Shown: positions 8,138-17,260, counted from the stretch's first letter. The stretch is 63,357 nucleotides of DNA from Desulfurococcales archaeon (GCA_027002875.1 JALWZC010000058.1:1-63357), one strand, 5' to 3'. Notes: generated by a model not told the origin, from the sequence alone. Program-made: numbers and translations.

Positions 8138-9018
8138 TGAATAGTGTAAGATACTTATTTACTGGAATATACTATCCCGATCATAGCGGTATTCTCCGGA
8201 AAGGCTTTCTCTTCATCGATGAATACCAGGTAAGGGATCTAGGTAGCGAGCACCCCGTCGAATACGAGTTCTCCGAGTATAGGGCTGACTACGAGTATAA
8301 AGCAGTAATTATACATGGCTTCTCAGCCGCTGTTCCACTATCAACCCTCCCCTTAGGGGATGATCTAGATATAAGGGAGGTACTAGGCTCTCTAAGCAGG
8401 GAGGAAATTAAACGTTTAATTATGAATAGCCTATACAGGATCGTGAGGAGCGGGATCACTTTTCCAATAATAATCGATCCTTTCCCAGACCTAGTCGCAA
8501 AGATTCTCCTAGAGAAACAAATTCCGGCAATCATAGTTGATATGGGTTCGACGTTACCACACCGTCCCGGCTTATACTACATCGACGTCGAGGATTCTAG
8601 GGTTTACATTGAAGGAAAATACGTGGGAGAATACAATGAAGTCTTCTGCCCCGTAGAGAAGATAAATAGTAACTGTAAAATACCGGTAATACCTTCAAGC
8701 CCGGTAAATCTCAGCTGCATTATCAAAGAATTATCCGGTCATAATAACCTACTATACAATGGGTATAAACTAGTTGGACATGGTAAGGGTATAATAGATA
8801 AGGGAGAGCCCGCAGACTTGTTATTATATGATCTAAGGGTTCCGGAAAAGAATGCCTTAACCCCGCATAGTATAGGAGACTTACTAGAGCTCGGGTATAT
8901 GCCCGATACCGTATTGGTCGACGGCGATATAATTATTGAGAAGGGTGAGGCTTTAGAAATCGAAGCACCGGACATATCAGATATTCTAACCACTATACGA
9001 GCTGAGATAGGAAGCTAA
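8137..9018 (+). CDS. Amidohydrolase-related protein, probably non-catalytic
   Basis: The start overlaps the upstream stop (TAATG). C-terminal blocks GKGIIDKGEPADLLLYDL and VLVDGDIIIEKGE match amidohydrolase composite-domain strands. The H-x-H metal motif position reads HGFSAAV, and the protein is short (293 aa). Confidence 0.4.
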   Translation: MNSVRYLFTGIYYPDHSGILRKGFLFIDEYQVRDLGSEHPVEYEFSEYRADYEYKAVIIHGFSAAVPLSTLPLGDDLDIREVLGSLSREEIKRLIMNSLYRIVRSGITFPIIIDPFPDLVAKILLEKQIPAIIVDMGSTLPHRPGLYYIDVEDSRVYIEGKYVGEYNEVFCPVEKINSNCKIPVIPSSPVNLSCIIKELSGHNNLLYNGYKLVGHGKGIIDKGEPADLLLYDLRVPEKNALTPHSIGDLLELGYMPDTVLVDGDIIIEKGEALEIEAPDISDILTTIRAEIGS

Positions 9019-9021
9019 GAA

Positions 9022-9945
9022 ATGAAGAAGGAGAACTATATTCCAGTAAAACTCGTACATTCCATTATTACTAAGGCTCTATGGATTATAGAATCCGTAG
9101 TTAGTAATGCTGAAGAAGGCTACAGATTCTTAAAAGATATACTTTTAATGGCTTCCTTCCAGGAAAAACCACTACCTTACCAGCTTTTCCACCTGATAAA
9201 TAATTATTTGTTTAAAAAGAGTGTCCTCAGTACTTATAGGGGAAGACTATTAGCTAATTACTTAGTGATTCATAGCGGTTTATCTAGGAGGGTCGAGGAA
9301 GAAGTCGCTTTATTAAAGATTCAAGCACCCGAAACAATAGGGTCAAGGCTATCATTGATCCTCTCAAGCCTTAACCGTTGGAACCCTGTATCTATTAATG
9401 AGTTATTAACGATTAAAAGAAGATTTACGGATTTATTATCAGTCGCTACTCCTCCATGGGCTGATCATGGAAGGCTTATAGATTCCCTTACAGGCGATCT
9501 AGGCGTTGGATTAATGCCTGGAACAATGCTTTCCTCATGGATACTTCTAGGACTGTACAATTACCTTACGGGTAGGGGGATTGATACAAGCATTCTAGTC
9601 TGCGATGAAGTCGTCGATGACTATATTGATAAGGAAGTACTTAGAAGGGTTAGTAAAAGCAGTGATAGGATAATTGTAGAAGAGGTTAATTGTAGTAATT
9701 ATAGGTCTTTATTAAATGATCTTGCTAGTAGGCATAGCCTTGTATTCTGCTTTAACCACTCCGTAATTCTCGCTATAGCCGATGCTATTGTTGAAGACAA
9801 TATTAGCAAGGTTAATACAAGCCTTTTCGACAGGGTCTATGTAGGGTTTAACCCTACTAGTACCCCTCTAGAAGAATTATTTAAGGGTAAACCCGTTGTT
9901 ATTGCTTCGCTTGGTGAAATAATTAATTTATTGCAGGGATCATAA
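9022..9945 (+). CDS. Hypothetical protein
   Basis: 307-aa ORF, 3 nt after the previous gene. No motif recognised. Confidence 0.5.
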   Translation: MKKENYIPVKLVHSIITKALWIIESVVSNAEEGYRFLKDILLMASFQEKPLPYQLFHLINNYLFKKSVLSTYRGRLLANYLVIHSGLSRRVEEEVALLKIQAPETIGSRLSLILSSLNRWNPVSINELLTIKRRFTDLLSVATPPWADHGRLIDSLTGDLGVGLMPGTMLSSWILLGLYNYLTGRGIDTSILVCDEVVDDYIDKEVLRRVSKSSDRIIVEEVNCSNYRSLLNDLASRHSLVFCFNHSVILAIADAIVEDNISKVNTSLFDRVYVGFNPTSTPLEELFKGKPVVIASLGEIINLLQGS

Positions 9946-9975
9946 CCATGTTTATATAGGGTTAGAGGTTTAGCG

Positions 9976-10695
9976 GTGATATGTATGGGTTTATCCGACT
10001 TATTATCTAGGATTACGGGTTTTCTAGGCCGGCTTAGCGGTGTTAGGTGGTTTATAATCGTTGATAGAGATTCTCGTAGTGTAGCTACTCATTCTCCAGT
10101 TATTAGTGATAAGGATGCTGAAGAGCTTAAAGAGTTAATTATAAATGCTGGCGAGATCTCTGAGGAATTATCTAAGTATTCCTTATTCCGTAGGAGGGAG
10201 ATGGAGACTAGAACACTATATGTGAAGTTTAATGGTGAGGGGTTAGAGGTTGAGAGTATTGGTAGGTTTGTAGTAGCTATTAATACTGATGAGAAATTAC
10301 TACCTGTTTTCTCGAAGATATTCGACCTCCTGCGTAGGGGTGAAACTGTTAAGTGCGAAAAGTGTGGGAGGGAGCTCTTGCTTGAAACCTATACTTGTCC
10401 ACGTTGCGGTAGGACTGTTCCCTTCATAGTTGAAGAGTGCCCGCACTGCGGCTATAATCTCCGGGTTAAAAAGTGTCCCGGATGCGGTAGTTATATCAAT
10501 GCGAGAGGAAGGGTTATTAAGAGAGATATAGGAGTACTGGTTACAGGTATATTGATCGGTGTACTCGTCCTTCTACTGGGAGTTTATATGGGTTTGACTG
10601 TTACCGGAAGCTACAGGCTATTATTCTACGGTATTGGTGCTGGAATGGGCGCTATAATGGGTCTCCTAGGATATATACTTTCATCACCACGTTAA
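9976..10695 (+). CDS. Double zinc-ribbon membrane protein
   Basis: Four CxxC pairs (CEKCG...CPRCG and CPHCG...CPGCG) are followed by two hydrophobic helices (VLVTGILIGVLVLLLGVYMGL, LFYGIGAGMGAIMGLLGYIL). Confidence 0.55.
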   Translation: MICMGLSDLLSRITGFLGRLSGVRWFIIVDRDSRSVATHSPVISDKDAEELKELIINAGEISEELSKYSLFRRREMETRTLYVKFNGEGLEVESIGRFVVAINTDEKLLPVFSKIFDLLRRGETVKCEKCGRELLLETYTCPRCGRTVPFIVEECPHCGYNLRVKKCPGCGSYINARGRVIKRDIGVLVTGILIGVLVLLLGVYMGLTVTGSYRLLFYGIGAGMGAIMGLLGYILSSPR

Positions 10696-10802
10696 ACAAA
10701 TCATTTATATCTAGATAAATCAATTTTGGTATAAGTACTAGTGGCTTACACCGCCATAATAGATACAATTACATCTGCCGCCAGTTTAGGGACGGTGTTG
10801 AA

Positions 10803-12434
10803 ATGACTAGCATCAGGAGGATCTTATCGGGCATTCTAGCCTACACAGGATTGCTGCTCGTATTTATTAGTATCTATGCAGCACTATACATTACTCCATC
10901 AACACATGCTACTCCTAGCAAAACCTGTATCTCCAGTGTAAGTAGCTTACTAGACTCTCTATCCCCGAAGCAGTTGGAGTATAATATGGTTGGCTCTAGC
11001 ATTACTTCTGTGGGAAATGTAACTGTTATTAATAAGTGGTTTAAGCTAAAGTCTTGCAGGTATAATGGTGCTTATCCGTATATTTACATCGATGAACTAT
11101 ACCCACAGGGCGTAAAGGATAGGAAAACCGTTATCCTGGTTCATGATTATATGAGTACTCATTACTCACTATACAATTTAGCCAACTACCTTGTACAGAG
11201 AAAATTCCATGTATTAATGTTCGACTTGCCCGGTGTCGGGAAGAACAAACCCCCTTATGGGTCTAAGCTAGTCTTCGAATCGATAAAGCCTCGCGATTCA
11301 CTATGGATCCACAGCTTATGTATTATAAGAAGCCTTGTACAATTTGCACGCAGAGTAATTAATGCCTCGGAAATAGATGTTGTTGGAGTAGGTCTTGGAG
11401 GTTCGATCGCATTAATGAGCGGGGGTTTAATAAAAGGTATTAATAAGACTGTGAGCCTTGGCTTAATAGGAGATTACTCTTATAGCATATCTAAGGCTTC
11501 ACTAGTGAATTACTATATACATAGGGTTCCACCGAATACGTGCACCGATCCCTTTAGGTATGTACGCCGGGGACAACATGTTTTAAGGATAGTTATAATC
11601 GGGTCGAATGATGAATATTTGTTTCCAGAGAGTCTTAAAGCACTCGTTAGAGAAGGCGTTACTGTTTACTTAGAGCCTAATAGTGATCATACGAGTTTTA
11701 TGGATAATTGGAAAACGATAATAGATGAATTACTCATCGAAAATAGGACGAAAAACTATGAAAATACTGGTAGTATTTTGAAGCCCCTATTACCTGATTG
11801 GCCTTGGCTTATATCCAGTAGTGTCGAAAGGAATCCGGTTATTCCTTCTATAAATATGATTACTCAGGGTTCCTTTAATTCCGGCCTTTACAGGATTAAG
11901 GATGTAGTATTCACGGGTTCATGGATCCTCTTATTCTCAGCCGGGCTTGTATTAATACTTACCGGTTTCTCTATGGAGTACCGAAGCGTTAAGAGCGCTA
12001 GGTATACTTTCCTTGACTACGTCTATGTCGGCTTACTCCTCCTTGTCTTTTTCAGCCCGCTCCTCCCTTCTATCTGGAGTCCTGAAAGGTTCAATATTAG
12101 TATTATCGAGTATACTGATCGGATGGCCTATCTTCTACCATTAATATCCCAGCTTGTCCTGCTTTACATCTTATTAGAACCCTTACTGTTCTTGAAGATT
12201 CTATATCGTGGTGGGAGAACTTCATTCTACATATACGTATCCTATCCGATCTTCGTAACAACTATGGTTTACAGCTTCGTATTGATAATGGGGTATAAAT
12301 ACGGTAATATTTTCCCGGTATATCCGACTACAGGGTTAATAGTGCCGCTAATAACCATTGTAATCGACTACTTGTTTACTGCAGAGTCCCCTCATGAAGA
12401 AGACTCTTCATCCAATACAGATGTTACTGAGTAA
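10803..12434 (+). CDS. Alpha/beta-hydrolase-fold domain fused to a polytopic membrane domain
   Basis: N-terminal anchor helix; core blocks TVILVHDYMSTHY, FDLPGVGKN and VDVVGVGLGGSIAL; several TM helices in the C-terminal ~170 aa. Confidence 0.5.
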   Translation: MTSIRRILSGILAYTGLLLVFISIYAALYITPSTHATPSKTCISSVSSLLDSLSPKQLEYNMVGSSITSVGNVTVINKWFKLKSCRYNGAYPYIYIDELYPQGVKDRKTVILVHDYMSTHYSLYNLANYLVQRKFHVLMFDLPGVGKNKPPYGSKLVFESIKPRDSLWIHSLCIIRSLVQFARRVINASEIDVVGVGLGGSIALMSGGLIKGINKTVSLGLIGDYSYSISKASLVNYYIHRVPPNTCTDPFRYVRRGQHVLRIVIIGSNDEYLFPESLKALVREGVTVYLEPNSDHTSFMDNWKTIIDELLIENRTKNYENTGSILKPLLPDWPWLISSSVERNPVIPSINMITQGSFNSGLYRIKDVVFTGSWILLFSAGLVLILTGFSMEYRSVKSARYTFLDYVYVGLLLLVFFSPLLPSIWSPERFNISIIEYTDRMAYLLPLISQLVLLYILLEPLLFLKILYRGGRTSFYIYVSYPIFVTTMVYSFVLIMGYKYGNIFPVYPTTGLIVPLITIVIDYLFTAESPHEEDSSSNTDVTE

Positions 12435-12470
12435 TCCGTTTATCCGCTGCTCTTCATCGGGGACCCGTAG

Positions 12471-12548
12471 TGGGATAGCCGGGTACATGCTACAATGGAT
12501 CATCACTATTATTCAGTCCGCCCGTCGTAAACATCCCCGGCTATCCCA
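12471..12548 (-). ncRNA. Atypical box C/D sRNA closed by a 13-bp terminal helix (predicted 16S rRNA guides)
   Basis: Minus strand reads TGGGATAGCCGGG - GATGTTT - ACGACGGGCGGA - CTGA - ATAATA - GTGATGA - TCCATTGTAGCA - TGTA - CCCGGCTATCCCA. The spacing is exactly 7/12/4/6/7/12/4. Internal D'/C' boxes are consensus, terminal box positions are degenerate, and the flanks form a perfect 13-bp stem. The guides complement 16S CCGCCCGUC and GCUACAAUGG (recalled). Confidence 0.7.
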
Positions 12549-12606
12549 TTAAGGATTAATCCCAGCCTAACTATTATATTTTAGCTAGTAATCCCTTTAT
12601 CGAGGG

Positions 12607-13419
12607 GTGGGGTTATTGGATAGATTGATTGTATTATTAACTGATTTTGGCTATAAGGACCCATACGTCGGCGTTGTTAAGGGCGTTATTAAAAGCATAA
12701 ATCCAAATGCTGACATCATCGATTTAACCCACGAAGTCTCGAGGCAGGATGTGTACGAGGCGGCTCTACTGCTTTTTGTCTCATACAAGTATTTCCCCCA
12801 CTGCACTATTTTTGTCTCAGTAGTTGATCCCGGCGTAGGTTCTACTAGGAAAGCCTTATTGGTTAAAACTAGGAACTACTATTTCATTGGACCGGACAAT
12901 GGATCGCTTTATCCTGCATCTGTAGATGACGGTATTATGGAGGTATATGATGTTTCAAATTCACCATTTAAGTTGAAGAACACATCATATACTTTCCACG
13001 GTAGAGATCTATTCGCCCCTATCGCTGCATATCTATCCCTCGGACTAAGTCCTAGCCAACTCGGTTATAGGATCGATGAAGAGGACATGGTTAAACTAGA
13101 ATTCCCCAGGCCTCAACTAACGGATGAAGGCATAAAGGGCTCGATCATATATATCGATGTATTTGGAAATATTATGACAAATATTGATAGAAGCCTATTA
13201 GAGGAAATTAAGGTAAACTACGGTTCTAAACTATCTATTGAACTAGGAGGAAAGACTTTTACCTGTAGACTAGTACCCAGCTTTAGCTATGTTGGCAGGG
13301 GCGAGGTAGCATGTTATATTAATTCATGGGGTTTCTTCGAGATCGGTATAAATCACGGTAATGCAGCTAGGGCTTTAAGCGTTAAAAATGGTGACCCAAT
13401 AGTTTTAGCTAAGAAGTAA
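12607..13419 (+). CDS. SAM hydroxide adenosyltransferase (DUF62, chlorinase/fluorinase family)
   Basis: IVLLTDFGYKDPYVGVVKGVI ... VVDPGVGSTR ... IGPDNGSL matches the DUF62 N-terminal domain signature. Confidence 0.8.
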   Translation: MGLLDRLIVLLTDFGYKDPYVGVVKGVIKSINPNADIIDLTHEVSRQDVYEAALLLFVSYKYFPHCTIFVSVVDPGVGSTRKALLVKTRNYYFIGPDNGSLYPASVDDGIMEVYDVSNSPFKLKNTSYTFHGRDLFAPIAAYLSLGLSPSQLGYRIDEEDMVKLEFPRPQLTDEGIKGSIIYIDVFGNIMTNIDRSLLEEIKVNYGSKLSIELGGKTFTCRLVPSFSYVGRGEVACYINSWGFFEIGINHGNAARALSVKNGDPIVLAKK

Positions 13420-13474
13420 TCAGTACTCAAGACCCTCTTCATCGACTAGTACTCAGTCCTCCCGAGATCATCAC
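13420..13474 (-). ncRNA. Box C/D sRNA candidate
   Basis: Minus strand reads GTGATGA (C) - 11 nt TCTCGGGAGGA - CTGA (D') - 10 nt - ATGAAGA (C') - 12 nt GGGTCTTGAGTA - CTGA (D). A TATA-like TTAAATAAA lies upstream in minus sense. Targets were not identified. Confidence 0.55.
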
Positions 13475-13586
13475 TTCAATAAATCTTTATTTAATACCTG
13501 GTTTATTAGAATTGATAATGTTGTGTTTAATTATAAAGGGGTAGTAGTTGTTAGGTAACTACTATGCCCTGCTGAGGTGATTATTA

Positions 13587-14537
13587 TTGTCTTTAGTGTT
13601 CTGGAGTACTGATGAGCTTCGAGGACTTGTAAGGCTTAGTGATGAAGTCTATGAACGGGCTAAAAAACTTGGAGAAGAAGCTGGTAGGAAGTTTTATGAT
13701 GGCTTAATGACTGTTATGGGGTTTAAGGGTAGTACGGAGACAGCTGTAAAGTTTGTCGAGATACAGTTTAACGCGGCTATGCCTATAGCAATTCTCGATG
13801 AGAGAAATCTTTGGAATGCTAACCATGACTTTATAGGGAGGATTATTAGACAGATTGATCCGTCGAGCCCTATTGATAAACTATTAAAGACTGGTAAAGA
13901 GGATCCATCTAAATTTGTCGGTAAGAACAGATTGTACCTGCCCGGGGCTTGGGGAGAAATTGCATCCTTTTACATACTAAACGTCCCTATTCCCTCAGTT
14001 ATAAACATTATATACATTATACACCTAGCAACCTATGTAACGACATTTACGACTGCAACGATACCGGAGATCTATACTGGTAGCGAGGAATTCTTAAAAC
14101 TTGTTGAAGGGATAACCACGAAGAAGGGGGCGATTGAGTTTCTCACGAGGCTTCTACGTAGAAGGTACATACCTGAAGACGTCTATGCTGATGCTCTAGA
14201 AGCCGTACAGCGTAGGAGGGAGCTTGGCTTTAAGAGTCTTAGGGATGTGTTAGAAGAACATGAAGCAAAATCCTACACCGCTCTCATGATAACACGCGGG
14301 ATCTATGGGGTAATTACACAGTTGCAGGACATCGTTGAGAAGAGTAGGGAGGGATATGTTGATAGGAGATACATATCTAATATTGTCGGAGAGATTTATA
14401 GTTTAATTAAAAGTTTAGAAGACACTATTAAGGAATACGAGAGTGTTCTGGGTAAATTGAACAAGTTGTTAACGAGTAGTGGTGAGAAAATAAATATCGA
14501 TAAGGTAAGACAACTGATCGAAGAAATATCCGGGTAA
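13587..14537 (+). CDS. Hypothetical protein
   Basis: 316-aa ORF, helical, with a hydrophobic central segment. No motif recognised. Confidence 0.5.
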   Translation: MSLVFWSTDELRGLVRLSDEVYERAKKLGEEAGRKFYDGLMTVMGFKGSTETAVKFVEIQFNAAMPIAILDERNLWNANHDFIGRIIRQIDPSSPIDKLLKTGKEDPSKFVGKNRLYLPGAWGEIASFYILNVPIPSVINIIYIIHLATYVTTFTTATIPEIYTGSEEFLKLVEGITTKKGAIEFLTRLLRRRYIPEDVYADALEAVQRRRELGFKSLRDVLEEHEAKSYTALMITRGIYGVITQLQDIVEKSREGYVDRRYISNIVGEIYSLIKSLEDTIKEYESVLGKLNKLLTSSGEKINIDKVRQLIEEISG

Positions 14538-14551
14538 CACTACTAAATCTC

Positions 14552-15196
14552 TTATTCGCTTCTAAGACTATATGGACAGAATTTTTGGAAGGGACAATAC
14601 CTACATTCCCAGCTCCATTTAGGGTGAACAGTGTCTTCAACCAGCATCTTTAACAATGATGATACATTGATGTTTTTATCTCGCTTAAACTCGTACTCGA
14701 TGATTTTCTCCGGTGTGATATAGACAAGTATTCCCTTCTCAGCTTCTAGTAATGAGAGATATATTTGTAGCTGGTAAATATGGTGTTCTCGTGGAAGGTT
14801 TTGAGACGACCGCCCAGTTTTTATTTCAACAATTATACCTTCTTCCTTGTTATAAGCATCTAGCCTACCTTTTAATGTGTACTCTCTTCCATGGATCTTA
14901 TATTTCTTCTCGAAGGGTACTTCCACATCATAACCATGCTTTTCAAGATATGATTCAAGCCCCATATGAACTAGGTCTCCGAGTATTGCCGCTGGTTCGA
15001 ACTTCATTGTTAGTTCCGGGAAGAGGTGTCTTAAGTGGAATTTATGAGTACATGCTACTAGGTCAGTAACATATACTATATCTGGACGTTTAGCTTCTTC
15101 GAATTTCTCCATGTACTCCTTCAATAATTCCTTATAAATTAAGTGTGTTACTGTGTGAGACGTGTTGACCCTGATTTTCTGAATGTTTTGATTCAT
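14552..15196 (-). CDS. Cas4-family PD-(D/E)xK nuclease with 4-Cys cluster (stand-alone)
   Basis: N-terminal Cys (DLVACTHKF); nuclease motifs GRLDAY and IVEIKTG (E-x-K); QLQIY (Q-x-x-x-Y). C-terminal CRYCPFQKFC has exact C-x2-C-x5-C spacing, as in Cas4/RecB-type Fe-S nucleases. Confidence 0.75.
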   Translation of the reverse strand: MNQNIQKIRVNTSHTVTHLIYKELLKEYMEKFEEAKRPDIVYVTDLVACTHKFHLRHLFPELTMKFEPAAILGDLVHMGLESYLEKHGYDVEVPFEKKYKIHGREYTLKGRLDAYNKEEGIIVEIKTGRSSQNLPREHHIYQLQIYLSLLEAEKGILVYITPEKIIEYEFKRDKNINVSSLLKMLVEDTVHPKWSWECRYCPFQKFCPYSLRSE

Positions 15197-15198
15197 GA

Positions 15199-15639
15199 CT
15201 ATTCACCGAGGGGTAGAAGCGGGGGATTCCCGTTATATTTCTTGATATATTTTAATAAGTTGAGCGTTGTTTTTGTAACTGGTTCCGGAGGATTTGATAA
15301 ATCATAGAACCCGGCATCTAAGGCGTCTGAACCCGGTATTGGTTTTGGCGGCTTATCTAGTGGTTCCATATATACATCTATTAGTACAAAGTGTTTCTCA
15401 GCCTTATATTTATCCGGAAGAATCTCATCTACCCATACAATCCCTATAGGTCTAGCCTTGATTCTCGTTTCCTCGAACAGTTCCCTTGCTGCTGCCTCCT
15501 TTATAGTTTCTCCGTATTCTAAATGCCCACCGGGAATCGCCCAGCATTTTCTGCAGGGCTCATATTTTCTTTTAACTAAGAGGATAGTATTATCGTATAA
15601 AACTACAGCTCCTACTCCGACTATTACTTGTTTATTCAT
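15199..15639 (-). CDS. Nudix hydrolase
   Basis: Nudix box GGHLEYGETIKEAAARELFEETRI (G-x5-E-x7-R-E-x2-E-E-x-G/R). Confidence 0.85.
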   Translation of the reverse strand: MNKQVIVGVGAVVLYDNTILLVKRKYEPCRKCWAIPGGHLEYGETIKEAAARELFEETRIKARPIGIVWVDEILPDKYKAEKHFVLIDVYMEPLDKPPKPIPGSDALDAGFYDLSNPPEPVTKTTLNLLKYIKKYNGNPPLLPLGE

Positions 15640-16178
15640 TTCCTCCCCATTCTCCGCAGGATTATCTCTAGATAAGTCTCATGCACTGGTTTAACAAAGT
15701 TTTTAATTTTTTCTGAAATCTTGCTGATTTCATTAATACTACATTCAATCTCTAGGTAATATTGCTTAGTATCTTCTAGGTAGTCTATAAGTGCTTCACA
15801 GTTGTTGGGACTCCTATATATAGTCCTCACTTTTCGCACTATTCCTACTTCGCGGAATCCAAGTGATAATAGTATCTTCTTCATCAACTCGTCATTGTTT
15901 ATAAAGACTTCGTATTCTTCCCTGATCTTGACATCCCCCAGTATTTTCCTTGGACCCTTATATGTTAGGACGCGCGCTTCCACTCCATTAGTTGTTCTCC
16001 TAACTCTTACTCTTAGCGCTTCATCTGTTTCAGCAAAGTCTCTGCATGGGTGATTATAGTAAGTATCGATCTCCTCAACGGTAGACAGGTGCCTATAATT
16101 TTCTTCTTCTAGTATTTGCTTGATCAAGCCTATTTTTCCAGGATCAACTATTAAGTATTTCGCTTCGGATTCTTTCAA
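15636..16178 (-). CDS. CYTH-domain protein (triphosphate tunnel metalloenzyme / class IV cyclase-like)
   Basis: N-terminal E-x-E-x-K (ESEAKYLI); later basic/acidic beta-strand pairs (LRVRVRR, YKGPR, REEYEV). The size (180 aa) is typical of CyaB/ThTPase-like proteins. Confidence 0.6.
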   Translation of the reverse strand: MKESEAKYLIVDPGKIGLIKQILEEENYRHLSTVEEIDTYYNHPCRDFAETDEALRVRVRRTTNGVEARVLTYKGPRKILGDVKIREEYEVFINNDELMKKILLSLGFREVGIVRKVRTIYRSPNNCEALIDYLEDTKQYYLEIECSINEISKISEKIKNFVKPVHETYLEIILRRMGRK

Positions 16179-17260
16179 CCTCCTCCCCAGATCTCCTCGA
16201 TACGCAGTATTGTTTCGTTGTTTACTCTCCTATATTCTTCTAGTATTCGATTCGGCGTCTTCGTTTTCTCAACGTTTACATTGATACCCAATAGTCCCTT
16301 TATATAAGCCGGCAATCCGTATTGTAGGCCGAGCGTATAGCCTCCTTCTAATACGCTTGTAACGGGGATGCCCAGATAGTGTAGCATTTGTCCCAGCTTA
16401 TTATACGTGTATATAGATAGCCTTGTATCGGCTAATCCATCTCCCATGTAGCCGTCGAATCCCATTGATACTATGACTTGCTGCGGTTTATACTTCCACA
16501 GTAACTTTTCGGCTATACTTACTAGTTCCTCATAGTAATCATCCCCTGTAAGGGGTCCTATGATCAGGTTTACACTGTATCCTCTACCCCTACCCTTACC
16601 TATCTGGCTGGGGAATCCAGTATAGGGATAGAAGCTTGAAGGGTCTCTATGTATGTCTACATGTAATACTTTATCTGTCTTGTAGAATATTTCCTGCGTG
16701 CCGTTTCCATGATGTATATCGAAATCCAGCACTGCGATCCTAGTATAGCCGTTATCTAGAAGGGAGTGCACCGCAGCCGCCGCATTGTTCAATAAACAGA
16801 AGCCCTGAGTGGCGGCATTCATAGCCTTACCACATTTCCCAGCATGATGCCCCGGCGGCCTATTGAGAAGTATTTTATACTTATAGTCTGCTCTAGTAAT
16901 TGAATAGCTATGCATATATGATTCAATAGCTAGCTCGAGAGTATCATGGGTAATATAGGTGTCCGGATCTATTTCTACGGGTGCTGTCCTCGACATTTCT
17001 TCAAGATATCTCAAATAATTTTTACAGTGCGATTTTAGGAGTAATTCCTCGTATTCCTGGATCTCGGGTTTTATTTCCACTGAAATATCCTCTAAGTACC
17101 CATCTAACCCTTCTCCTTTAATACCGTTTAACACATACATTAACCGCTCGGGGGTTTCAGGGTGTGGAAACCATGGTTTATGCTTAACTAACGAGTTTTT
17201 AACCATATAGATCCTTAACTGGCTGGAACCGATCAAGCCGTTATAATTCCCTTCCCTCAT
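16175..17260 (-). CDS. Histone deacetylase-family (HDAC/AcuC/acetylpolyamine amidohydrolase) protein
   Basis: RPPGHHAG, GFCLLNNAAAAV and LDFDIHHGNGTQEIF are the class I/II HDAC catalytic blocks. Confidence 0.85.
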   Translation of the reverse strand: MREGNYNGLIGSSQLRIYMVKNSLVKHKPWFPHPETPERLMYVLNGIKGEGLDGYLEDISVEIKPEIQEYEELLLKSHCKNYLRYLEEMSRTAPVEIDPDTYITHDTLELAIESYMHSYSITRADYKYKILLNRPPGHHAGKCGKAMNAATQGFCLLNNAAAAVHSLLDNGYTRIAVLDFDIHHGNGTQEIFYKTDKVLHVDIHRDPSSFYPYTGFPSQIGKGRGRGYSVNLIIGPLTGDDYYEELVSIAEKLLWKYKPQQVIVSMGFDGYMGDGLADTRLSIYTYNKLGQMLHYLGIPVTSVLEGGYTLGLQYGLPAYIKGLLGINVNVEKTKTPNRILEEYRRVNNETILRIEEIWGGG

